A stretch of DNA of 64,000 nt from an uncultured Chroococcidiopsis sp. (GTDB lineage Bacteria > Cyanobacteriota > Cyanobacteriia > Cyanobacteriales > Chroococcidiopsidaceae), in the NCBI GenBank assembly GCA_964248365.1, contig CAXTYC010000016.1, forward strand, positions 49,063 through 113,062. Reading direction: 5' to 3'. The notes under the pieces are model-generated. The model worked only from the letters and a program-made list of their open reading frames with translations, was not told the DNA's origin and ran no database searches. Each line of letters starts with the position of its first letter. Positions within the stretch are counted from its first letter, which is position 1. Shown here in pieces: positions 31,080-42,731 of the stretch. The translations under genes and the position numbers were made by a program.

Positions 31080-32285
31080 TTACCTTGGTGTCAGCAAAAT
31101 TAGTTGTCCTCGTTGAAGACTTCGCACCCAATCCAATCCCAACTGCACAACAGTTAAGATTTCTCCCACTGTTGCTTTACCATCACAGGCTTGCAAAAAC
31201 TCGAATTCTGGTTCTGATAAGTTAACAATCTGATAATCGTAGTTAAACAGACACCGACTGGGAAAGCCATCGATACAAGGGTTACGTTCAGGAATGGCTG
31301 CTAAAAGTGCTGCATCCGCTGACCAATCAGCTTTCGGTAGGGGTGGACGACCTAGAAAGAACTCGTAATGAGTGACTTCTGGATCTAATAGTTCGATTAA
31401 GCGATATGCTTGGCGTTGGGCTTTGCCCTTGCCTTCGGCATCGCTTAATCCTTTTGCCCGTTCTATCAAGCTTGGATCTTTACCCAAAAGTCGCTCTAGC
31501 TGCCAAAAAGTTGGATTCGAGAAACCAATAAAATCCAATCGAGAAGCGTCTATTAATTCAAAAAGTGTGTCGATATTGTAGTCAATCTCTTGGGGATGAA
31601 CATACATATCAGCAAAGCATTCATCCCGATGATTTTCTAAAGACCAGCGTTCTTTTTCGCGCTTGACAATTCGATTCTTTTCTGGTAAAGAAGCAAATAG
31701 TTTACGACCGAGTTGAACGCCATCCTGGTAGTCGCCGCGCTTGTCACCTTGGAGAAGAGCGATCGCCTGCTGCATCAGCTTAATTTCCCAGCGTCCCAAT
31801 TCTCCATATACAAAGATATGCATCAATCCGCCTGGAGCTAACTTTGTCGCCAGAGACTGAATACCACGAATTGGATCGGGTAAATGGTGCAGCACACCGA
31901 CACAATTAATTAAATCAAATTCACCTGGAAGTTGGTCTACATCGTATAGGCTGAGGTGATGGAATTCAACGCGATTAGCCCCAGATCTTTGACAGCGTTC
32001 TTTTGCTACTGCCAAAGTACCAGCACTCAAATCAATTCCGACGACATGAGCTTGGGGATTGAGATGGACTAAATATTCAGTACTTACCCCAGAACCACAG
32101 CCAGCATCGAGAATGCGAATATCTTGTTTTTGGGGTTTTTGTCCGGTGCAAAAATTATAGGCGGCTTGCCAATTCCAGCGCCAGTTGTAGCCTGGGGGTG
32201 GCTCGTCTAGTATTGGTTCGGGAGGAAACGGGTAAGTATCGTAGAGTTTAGCAACAGCAGCACTGACTGCTTGAGGATCTGACAT
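31080..32285 (-). CDS. Class I SAM-dependent methyltransferase upstream of the atp operon; likely start 32285
   Basis: ILDAGCGSG, GIDLS, GVLHHL, LAPGG. Confidence 0.9.
   Translation of the reverse strand: MSDPQAVSAAVAKLYDTYPFPPEPILDEPPPGYNWRWNWQAAYNFCTGQKPQKQDIRILDAGCGSGVSTEYLVHLNPQAHVVGIDLSAGTLAVAKERCQRSGANRVEFHHLSLYDVDQLPGEFDLINCVGVLHHLPDPIRGIQSLATKLAPGGLMHIFVYGELGRWEIKLMQQAIALLQGDKRGDYQDGVQLGRKLFASLPEKNRIVKREKERWSLENHRDECFADMYVHPQEIDYNIDTLFELIDASRLDFIGFSNPTFWQLERLLGKDPSLIERAKGLSDAEGKGKAQRQAYRLIELLDPEVTHYEFFLGRPPLPKADWSADAALLAAIPERNPCIDGFPSRCLFNYDYQIVNLSEPEFEFLQACDGKATVGEILTVVQLGLDWVRSLQRGQLILLTPR
31413..31444. mobile_element. 24-nt small dispersed repeat (SDR5-like) inserted into a HIP1 site
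   Basis: GCG|TTGGGCTTTGCCCTTGCCTTCGGC|ATCGC; two mini-hairpins; in frame. Confidence 0.75.
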
Positions 32286-32352
32286 GGTGGGCAATAATGG
32301 CAGCATCAAGTAGTGTAGCGAATGTTTTGTCACTAGGGCTATGTTCCCAAGT

Positions 32353-32480
32353 CAGCCAGAGAATGAATTCTCTGGCTAATAACGAAAGTCCACTTAAGTG
32401 GACTAAATACAGCTAGTTTTACAGCAGTCCTCTTGAGAGGACTTCAGCTATTAGCTGTGCGATTTGAATCGCTGGCGGGA
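32353..32480. repeat. Multi-hairpin dispersed repeat (MITE/REP-like); partial relative at about 6605-6662
   Basis: Palindromes AGCCAGAGAAT/ATTCTCTGGCT, AGTCCACTTAAGTGGACT, AGTCCTCTTGAGAGGACT, then GCTATTAGC...GCTGGCGGG. Confidence 0.7.
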
Positions 32481-32802
32481 AAGGTGCTTGCGTTACATTC
32501 AAGGAATTCCTCCTTTTAAAGTAACAAAAGCCAATCTGGGGCGGTTCGCGCTTAATTTATAACTTGCTTTAAAAACAATGTTATTAACTACATATCTGCT
32601 AGTGAACTATTAGTTAAATTCCTGCATGGTTTGGGGAACACTATGAATAGGCATATTAGTTGCCTGTAATTAGTTGAATCAATAGTTATACCAGATCTTT
32701 ATGACTACGCCAAAGACGATCGCCCCAAGGGGATCTGAATCTGTGCAAGGACAAACAGAATTGGTATTAGACCTGCTAATAGTTATTCGTGAGCTTTGAA
32801 AT

Positions 32803-32970
32803 ATGTGGATCGTATTCGATTGGTTATTCGGGCTGGCTGGGTTGTTTTGGAACTTATGGAACCGTTTACCTGAGAAAGCAAAACGTGAAATTATTGAAGC
32901 AATTATTAAAGCAATGGAAGAGCTACTTCGTGCTTTCTATAGAAATACAAGAGCAAAAGAGGAAAATTAA
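32803..32970 (+). CDS. Small protein, 55 aa (not in ORF track)
   Basis: MWIVFDWLFGLAGLFWNLWNRLPEKAKREIIEAIIKAMEELLRAFYRNTRAKEEN; stop is 2 nt before the next ATG. Confidence 0.65.
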   Translation: MWIVFDWLFGLAGLFWNLWNRLPEKAKREIIEAIIKAMEELLRAFYRNTRAKEEN

Positions 32971-32972
32971 GA

Positions 32973-33293
32973 ATGAGTAGCTTCAAAGAATTTATGAATA
33001 AAGCTCAAGAGTTGTCAAATCAAGCTTTACCATCATCAAACATATCTCTTGCAAGTATCCAAACTTCTCTAGCAACGTCGATTAATGGAATTTCGTCATT
33101 ATTTCTTATGCCTGATGAAGAACAAAAGTTTTCAGAAGAGGTATCCAGGCTAGTTCAGAACGAAGCTTTTCTCTCTGAGTTTAGCGATCAAATTGGTGAG
33201 CCACTACAAAATGAGTCTGAAGATGAATTTGTGGGGCGCGGTAGTGATGTACTGAGAAAAATGCTATATAAGCGGTTTGGCATCAAAGGTTAG
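32973..33293 (+). CDS. Hypothetical protein, 106 aa
   Basis: GAGG RBS inside the upstream ORF; acidic helical C-terminal IGEP...ESEDEFV.R. Confidence 0.7.
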   Translation: MSSFKEFMNKAQELSNQALPSSNISLASIQTSLATSINGISSLFLMPDEEQKFSEEVSRLVQNEAFLSEFSDQIGEPLQNESEDEFVGRGSDVLRKMLYKRFGIKG

Positions 33294-33411
33294 GCTCAGT
33301 TAATTTAGCAAACTTGTCTACTTATAATCGTGCTGTAACAGACGGATGAGTAATTGTTCGATCTGAGATCGAAAACAGGAAATGAGGTTGTATCTTTCCT
33401 AGCAAGCATTA

Positions 33412-33612
33412 CTAAATAGACTGCCCGTTCATCAGCTCGTACAAATCTGGTTCATCTGACAAAAAATCAAAAGCTTCGCTGTTTTGAGCAAGCTTCATTA
33501 TTTCAAGGGTTGTTGGATACGATGCATCCCAAAATAGTTTTGTTTCTAAAAGCGTTTCCTCTTTTGAGAGTGAGAAGATCGCTTGTAGCAATTCAATCAG
33601 CTTAGTGTTCAT
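33412..33612 (-). CDS. Small antitoxin-like hypothetical protein, possibly degenerate
   Basis: MNTKL...LS.EE..LLE.KLF and FDFL.DEPDLY pattern of small cyanobacterial TA-associated proteins. Confidence 0.5.
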   Translation of the reverse strand: MNTKLIELLQAIFSLSKEETLLETKLFWDASYPTTLEIMKLAQNSEAFDFLSDEPDLYELMNGQSI

Positions 33613-33776
33613 TTCTCTGTTGCGTAGAGGCAATATTTATTCCAAAATTACTCGATAGTCTTTGCTAGTTGAATTGCGAAGCGACTCATCTCCTTTGACA
33701 CTAACGAATGAACTTTTATGCATCTGGCACTATTGGAAACAGACAAACGATCCAAATCTGATATTACACTCCACCT

Positions 33777-34046
33777 AGGGAATTCGAGTGGAATGAAGAA
33801 AAAGCAGCGTCCAATTTGTTGAAGCATAGAGTCTCATTTGAGGAAGCTAAGACTGTTTTTGACGATCCGCTTTATGTCGATTTTTACGATCCAGACCGCT
33901 CTTACGATGAAGATCGTTACATTATCATTGGAGAGTCTGTGCAGGGTCGTTTGTTGCTTGTGTCGTACACAGAACGAGGCAATGCAATTCGGCTAATTAG
34001 TGCAATTGTGACACGAATGGAGCGAGAAGCTTATGAAGAGGGATGA
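33777..34046 (+). pseudogene. BrnT/DUF497 family toxin with start codon lost (AGG in place of ATG)
   Basis: (R)EFEWNEEKAASNLLKHRVSFEEA..VFDDP...EDRY..IG.S..GRLL.V.YTERG..IRLISA; in-frame TGA at 33759 and no earlier start. Confidence 0.75.
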
Positions 34047-34260
34047 GACGGAAAGATCAGATGAGCTTCGACCAGAGTACGATTTGCGGAGTTTGCAGGT
34101 TAGGAAGGTTGGTTCTGGGCGGAAAAGTTTCGGCGAGACGACAATTCGGCTAGATCCTGACTCTGCATCCGTCTTTCCAGATACAGAGTCAGTAAATGAG
34201 GCACTCCGATTTTTAATCAGGATTGCGAAGGAAAATAAGACGTGGCTTCCTAGAAGATGA
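34033..34260 (+). CDS. BrnA-like antitoxin
   Basis: Overlaps the toxin; DELRPEYD, IRLDPD...VFP..ESVNEALR. Confidence 0.75.
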   Translation: MKRDETERSDELRPEYDLRSLQVRKVGSGRKSFGETTIRLDPDSASVFPDTESVNEALRFLIRIAKENKTWLPRR

Positions 34261-34326
34261 AATCACGCCGTACCAGAGATTCTACTAGCTTAGTGTTCAT
34301 ATCTATGATTTTTAGGGATAGTGGTA

Positions 34327-35058
34327 ATGAACACGATTTATAACCAATCAGAATTCGATTTGCGCTGCGAGTGGGGTGAAAAAGGCGTTACTCAACTTGC
34401 TCCCATCAGTGATGTTGTAGTTATTGTCGATGTTTTGTCATTTTCTACCTGTGTAGAAATCGCCACAAATAATGGAGCAATGGTCTTTCCCTACCAATGG
34501 AAATATGAGTCAGCCCAAGTTTATGCTAAGTCTGTGCAGGCAGAAGTGGCTTCGTGCGATCGCACATCCAACAATGGTTATTCTCTCTCACCTACATCGC
34601 TAACTCAAATTCCTGCGGAAACTAAACTAGTTTTACCTTCACCCAATGGCTCTTACCTAACATTACTTACCAATAAAACACCAACTCTAACTGGTTGCTT
34701 GCGAAACTGCGAAGCTGTGGCTAAGTTTGCTCAAAGGTATGGTTCCAAAATTGCAGTAATTCCATCTGGTGAACGATGGGAAGATGGAAGCTTACGACCT
34801 GCGTTTGAAGATGCGATTGGTGCTGGGGCAATTTTGAGTTATTTGAATGGAAGTTTATCACCAGAAGCACAAGCCGCTGTGTCAGTATTTCATGCTTTCA
34901 GCAAGGATATGCTGACGTACTTGAAAAGATGCAGTTCTGGTAAAGAGTTGATAGCACGAGGGTTTGAGTCTGATATTGAACTTGCCGCCGCTATCAACAT
35001 TAGCAATTGTGTGCCTTTGCTGGCTTGCAAAGCCTATGTTAAATCGGCTGTTGCATAA
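34327..35058 (+). CDS. 2-phosphosulfolactate phosphatase (ComB) family protein
   Basis: VVIVDVLSFST, SLSP, LPSPNGS, LRN..AVA, ED.IGAGA. Confidence 0.88.
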   Translation: MNTIYNQSEFDLRCEWGEKGVTQLAPISDVVVIVDVLSFSTCVEIATNNGAMVFPYQWKYESAQVYAKSVQAEVASCDRTSNNGYSLSPTSLTQIPAETKLVLPSPNGSYLTLLTNKTPTLTGCLRNCEAVAKFAQRYGSKIAVIPSGERWEDGSLRPAFEDAIGAGAILSYLNGSLSPEAQAAVSVFHAFSKDMLTYLKRCSSGKELIARGFESDIELAAAINISNCVPLLACKAYVKSAVA

Positions 35059-35244
35059 GCCCTATTCTCAATCCTCAGCTATTTAGAGGCTTTTTGAGTT
35101 AATTTTCTCTTCTGTCTTTAGACAGATCTTCAATAATCAACATACCTGATACATATCACCATAGAAAATACATATCTGTGACACATAAATTTAATCCCAA
35201 CATCTTATTGTTATTAACGGAGTGAAAAATTAATGTAACAAGCC

Positions 35245-35583
35245 ATGAAAAAACTTTTTGCCGCAAGCTTAACAACTCTAGTTGCCTGTGCTACTGTAAC
35301 CAGTTTGTTTGTTCAAAATGCTTCTGCTCAAACTAACTTACAAAGTATTGAGCAACGTCAAGCAAATCAAGAACAACAAATTCAACAAGGAGTTCAGTCT
35401 GGTAGAATAACTCCTCAACAAGCAAGAAAATTAGAAAGAAGAGAAGCGAAAATTCGCAAACTAGAAGGTAAATATCAAGCTAATGGAAAAATTTCTAATC
35501 GAGAAAGCCGTAAGCTTGATCGCAAGCTCAATCGAGTAGATCGAAGCATTTCTAAAGCTGAACGCAATCGTTCTCCTATCTAA
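35245..35583 (+). CDS. Secreted small basic helical protein
   Basis: Signal peptide ending ASA-Q; RQANQ...IQQGVQSG.ITP.Q...LERRE repeats. Confidence 0.8.
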   Translation: MKKLFAASLTTLVACATVTSLFVQNASAQTNLQSIEQRQANQEQQIQQGVQSGRITPQQARKLERREAKIRKLEGKYQANGKISNRESRKLDRKLNRVDRSISKAERNRSPI

Positions 35584-35606
35584 AACTAATATTAATATCA
35601 CTTCAT

Positions 35607-35644
35607 TAATCTTTCTAGGAATTTACCTAGAAAGATTATTTTTT
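35607..35644 (+). terminator. Intrinsic terminator
   Basis: 13-bp stem TAATCTTTCTAGG/CCTAGAAAGATTA plus T-tract. Confidence 0.7.
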
Positions 35645-35800
35645 AAATTATTGAAATAATTCAAGCAATTTAATATTAATAATTTATAGATTGTGTTTTG
35701 TTTAGGTATACAATCTATAGAAACTAACATATCGCAAAACAGTTTTGACTCCAGAAGCACTCTTACCAAAGGAAAGAGCAAAAATTACTTGTAATAGAAA

Positions 35801-35953
35801 TTCAACCCACAGGAGCGATCGCTATTGATTTATCCACCTAGACAGCAACCAGAATTGTTACAAGACACTCAAGTGCTACCCGTTCCTGACATAGTAGCCG
35901 ATTTACGACTAACAGTAGATGAATTATTTGGATGGCTGAGATTGGCAGCTTAG
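35801..35953 (+). pseudogene. C-terminal remnant of a Uma2 (DUF820) endonuclease
   Basis: FNPQERSLLIYPPRQQPELLQDTQVLPVPDIVADLRLTVDELFGWLRL*; no start codon. Confidence 0.65.
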
Positions 35954-36391
35954 TTACCTCAGAAGAAGACCCACGACAGGAGACAGGAGACAGAAGTCAC
36001 AAGTCAGAAGTTATGAATATTTAATTCTTTCATCTCCCCGAGGCTCCCCTTTGCTTCCCCTGCTTTCTTCTGTCTCCTTTCATGATTTGCCTTTAGTGAC
36101 AAGCGTTTGCAACTAATGCGATTGGAATCAAGTAACAAACCTTATCTTTAACCTAAGTAAGCTTATTTATCCACTGCTCGTCCTTTTAGTTCTAGATTTC
36201 AAAATCTACACACTTCTTAATAATACGGCGTAAATCACCCAAAACGTTTTAATCTAAAAGCTGACAGGGTAATTTTTTTTAGGGGATCGTTACCTCACCT
36301 ATGGCGAGGAATAGTCCCTTTCTGGGTCAGGGCAAAATATTAAGTAGTCCAAAGTAATTTAAATTACACCCAGGTCAGACTTAACACATAA

Positions 36392-39823
<3,432 letters not shown>

Positions 39824-39828
39824 CAGCA

Positions 39829-40074
39829 GAGGCTAGGGGCTAGGGGCTAGGGACTAGGGAAAGCTGGGGGGACAAGGGGAAACTACATCCAATTCTCCCC
39901 CCCTCTCCCACTCCCCCCTCCTCTTCTAGGGGCTAGGGACTAGGGAAAGCTGGGGGGACAAGGGGACAAGGGGAAACTACATCCAATTCTCCCCCCCTCT
40001 CCCACTCTCCCACTCCCCCCTCCTCTTCTAGCCCCTAGCCACTAGCCTCTAGCCCCTCAAAAGAGGGGCTTTTT
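39829..40074. repeat. Nested STRR-type inverted arrays with an internal duplication of about 85 bp, ending in a terminator
   Basis: GGGGCTA/TAGCCCC arms; GGGAAAGCTGGGGGGACAAGGGG..AAACTACATCCAATTCTCCCC occurs twice; AGCCCCTC-AAAA-GAGGGGCT-TTTT. Confidence 0.85.
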
Positions 40075-40105
40075 CTGGTCGGCAGTAGTAATTATGAAAA
40101 AAAAT

Positions 40106-40123
40106 ATTACAAACTGTTAAGAC
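40106..40123 (+). promoter_or_regulatory. HLR1-like (RpaB) direct repeat upstream of apcA
   Basis: ATTACAAA-CT-GTTAAGAC. Confidence 0.4.
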
Positions 40124-40347
40124 CTGAATCAAAAGATGAACAAAATGCCGCAAAATATTTGCGGAAGGTAACTGAGAATAACAGCTTGTGTAACACTGAT
40201 TACCCAAGCCACCTCGTGAATGTACTAGCTCAATGGGCAGTTAACCTGTTAAGTTGAAGTAAGGCTGCCGAGGATAAACTCAGTCACTTGTTTGAATCGC
40301 GCCAGTTTAAATAAACTAGGTTTCATTTTTTTTGGAGGAATCGGTTA

Positions 40348-40833
40348 ATGAGTATCGTCACGAAATCGATCGTGAATGCGGACGCAGAAGCCCGCTATCT
40401 TTCTCCTGGTGAGCTAGATCGGATCAAGAGCTTTGTTACAAGTGGTGAGCGTCGTCTACGCATCGCCCAAGCCTTGACTGATAACCGTGAGCGCATCGTT
40501 AAGCAAGCGGGAGATCAGTTGTTCCAGAAGCGCCCTGACGTGGTTTCTCCTGGTGGCAATGCCTACGGTCAAGAAATGACTGCAACTTGCCTGCGTGACC
40601 TAGATTACTACCTCCGCTTGGTAACATACGGAGTTGTAGCTGGTGATGTCACACCAATCGAAGAAATTGGGATCGTGGGTGTCCGCGAAATGTACAGGTC
40701 TCTTGGCACTCCCATCGAAGCTGTAGCAGAAGGCGTTCGCGCTATGAAGAATGTCGCTACCTCGATGATGTCTGGTGAAGACGCTCAAGAAGCAGGCTCT
40801 TACTTCGACTACCTAGTCGGCGCGATGCAGTAA
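40348..40833 (+). CDS. apcA: Allophycocyanin alpha subunit
   Basis: [34 protein letters not shown]. Confidence 0.99.
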   Translation: MSIVTKSIVNADAEARYLSPGELDRIKSFVTSGERRLRIAQALTDNRERIVKQAGDQLFQKRPDVVSPGGNAYGQEMTATCLRDLDYYLRLVTYGVVAGDVTPIEEIGIVGVREMYRSLGTPIEAVAEGVRAMKNVATSMMSGEDAQEAGSYFDYLVGAMQ

Positions 40834-40892
40834 GGCAATTAATATCTAGTGGTTGAATATTTCAACTTTGTGTGACATAAGGAAGCAAAACA

Positions 40893-41378
40893 ATGCAAGA
40901 CGCAATTACCTCTGTAATCAACACTTCGGACGTTCAAGGTAAATACTTGGACACCTCGGCAATGGAGAAGCTAAAAGGCTACTTCCAAACTGGTGAACTG
41001 CGCGTACGGGCTGCTACTACAATTAGTGCTAACGCAGCTGCGATCGTCAAGGAAGCAGTGGCTAAGTCGCTGTTGTACTCTGACATCACTCGTCCCGGCG
41101 GCAATATGTACACCACTCGCCGTTATGCTGCTTGCATTCGTGATTTAGACTACTATCTGCGTTATTCTACCTACGCGATGCTAGCTGGCGATCCTTCCAT
41201 TCTGGATGAGCGTGTACTCAACGGTTTGAAGGAAACCTACAACTCTCTAGGTGTACCCATCGGTGCTACTGTTCAATCTATCCAAGCAATGAAAGAAGTA
41301 ACTGCCAGCTTGGTAGGTCCTGATGCTGGTAAGGAAATGGGTGTTTACCTAGATTACATCTGCTCTGGTTTGAGCTAA
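40893..41378 (+). CDS. apcB: Allophycocyanin beta subunit
   Basis: [27 protein letters not shown]. Confidence 0.99.
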   Translation: MQDAITSVINTSDVQGKYLDTSAMEKLKGYFQTGELRVRAATTISANAAAIVKEAVAKSLLYSDITRPGGNMYTTRRYAACIRDLDYYLRYSTYAMLAGDPSILDERVLNGLKETYNSLGVPIGATVQSIQAMKEVTASLVGPDAGKEMGVYLDYICSGLS

Positions 41379-41434
41379 TTGTAGCTTTCATCAAGGCGAA
41401 AAGTTGCAGCTGATTGAAGGCAATCGTCTCTATT

Positions 41435-41544
41435 AAAGTCTGGGAGTCGGTCGTGAGTGCTAGAACGTTCTGTCGCTTGTCTGACTTTTGTATATGGTAG
41501 ATGAGTGTTAGCGGTCTAGTATTGATGCTTGACTCCCAGTCTTT
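41435..41544 (+). promoter_or_regulatory. Long stem-loop in the apcB-apcC spacer
   Basis: AAAGTCTGGGAGTC pairs with GACTCCCAGTCTTT (13/14); inner AGTGCTAGA/TCTAGTATT. Confidence 0.6.
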
Positions 41545-41751
41545 GATCAAAAGAGTTAAAAATTGATCGATTAAAAATTTTCTGTGAACGTCTACCCAAT
41601 ATTCTCCACAGAAGAAGAAAAATATAGAAGTGAGTCTAGGGTAGTAAATGAATTGAGTGCTTGCTACGTGATAAATGTGCTGCACTCACAACAGTACTCA
41701 CAACAGTTGAAATCAAAAATTTTTCTAACTTGATACAGGAGATATCAACCG

Positions 41752-41955
41752 ATGCGGATGTTTAAGGTAACGGCGTGTGTTCCCAGCCAAACTCGTATCC
41801 GAACACAGCGGGAACTTCAAAATACCTATTTTACTAAGCTAGTTCCTTATGACAACTGGTTTCGGGAACAGCAGCGGATTATGAAAATGGGTGGTAAAAT
41901 TGTCAAGGTGGAGCTAGCTACTGGTAAGCCTGGTATGAATACAGGGCTGCTGTAA
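41752..41955 (+). CDS. apcC: Allophycocyanin core linker LC7.8
   Basis: MRMFKVTACVPSQTRIRTQRELQNTYFTKLVPY. Confidence 0.99.
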   Translation: MRMFKVTACVPSQTRIRTQRELQNTYFTKLVPYDNWFREQQRIMKMGGKIVKVELATGKPGMNTGLL

Positions 41956-41988
41956 TTTCCATTACTCTTGAAAGCTGTTAGAAGTTGC

Positions 41989-42013
41989 AAGGAGGTTGTT
42001 ACCTCCTTTTTTA
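41989..42013 (+). terminator. apcABC terminator (duplicated at about 42110-42134)
   Basis: AAGGAGGT..ACCTCCTTTTTT. Confidence 0.7.
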
Positions 42014-42167
42014 TAGCAACCCTAAATCATTCGTGAACAGTAGATGATTTAGTAGGGTGGGCATTGCCCACCCTACTGTAATATTGGTATGTTTACTGTT
42101 AGAAGTTGCAAGGAGGTTATAGCCTCCTTTTTTTATTAGAGTAATTAGCAATTAGCCATCCATCTAT

Positions 42168-42517
42168 CTAATCCCGAACAGGGATTACTTTGCCATTAGA
42201 ACCAGTGATGGAGTAAGCATCAAAATTGTCGTCGTCATACTTCCTTTGTCACAGTAACTTGTTCTCCTAGAGAAAGTTTAGCTTGCTGTAAAGCGCGCTC
42301 TTGTGCATCAATCAAGATTTGTTTTTTGCCAGTATCAAGCACGAAGTCATCATCGCCGAGTCTAACAACTTTTCCAGAAATCTGGGTGCTGCGAGACTGT
42401 TGCATCTCGCTAGGCTGATTCTGCGCCCAAACCAGGCTAGGAACAGTTAACATAGCCTTCGTCAGTAAAAGTAACAGCAGACACAGCGCTAAGTTTTATA
42501 GCTTGTATACTACCCAT
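42168..42517 (-). pseudogene. Exported OB-fold (YgiW/YdeI-like) protein with two frameshifts
   Basis: MGSIQAIK / LALCLLLLLLTKAMLTVPSLVWAQ...ISGKVVRLGDDDFVLDTG..QILID...LSLGEQVTVT / KYDDDNFDAYSITGSNGKVIPVRD*. Confidence 0.65.
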
Positions 42518-42525
42518 TTAATGTT

Positions 42526-42580
42526 TAGTATGCCACCCATGCCCACCAAATTATTGAAGGTGGGCATGGGTGGCATACTA
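42526..42580. repeat. Perfect 22-bp inverted repeat (REP/MITE-like)
   Basis: TAGTATGCCACCCATGCCCACC-N11-GGTGGGCATGGGTGGCATACTA. Confidence 0.85.
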
Positions 42581-42731
42581 CTACTATATCTGCCTTGGTA
42601 AGAATGGCATTTTCCAGACCAACAGACGCTACAACTAGAAATTACTATGACAGAAGGAATGGAGAGCGATCGCAAGTTTTCCCACTTAAGGAGCGCTATA
42701 CTCCTATTGTCCTTTTACAGACTTAGCTACT

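Noticed and set aside
32789..32980. 63-aa ORF from the track
   Set aside because: The overlapping ATG-initiated frame 32803-32970 is more protein-like and abuts the next gene.
39829..40060. Possible CRISPR array (also considered at 11302-11498 and 44859-45130)
   Set aside because: Only two copies each, the intervening sequence is duplicated or similar rather than unique spacers, and no cas genes are present.
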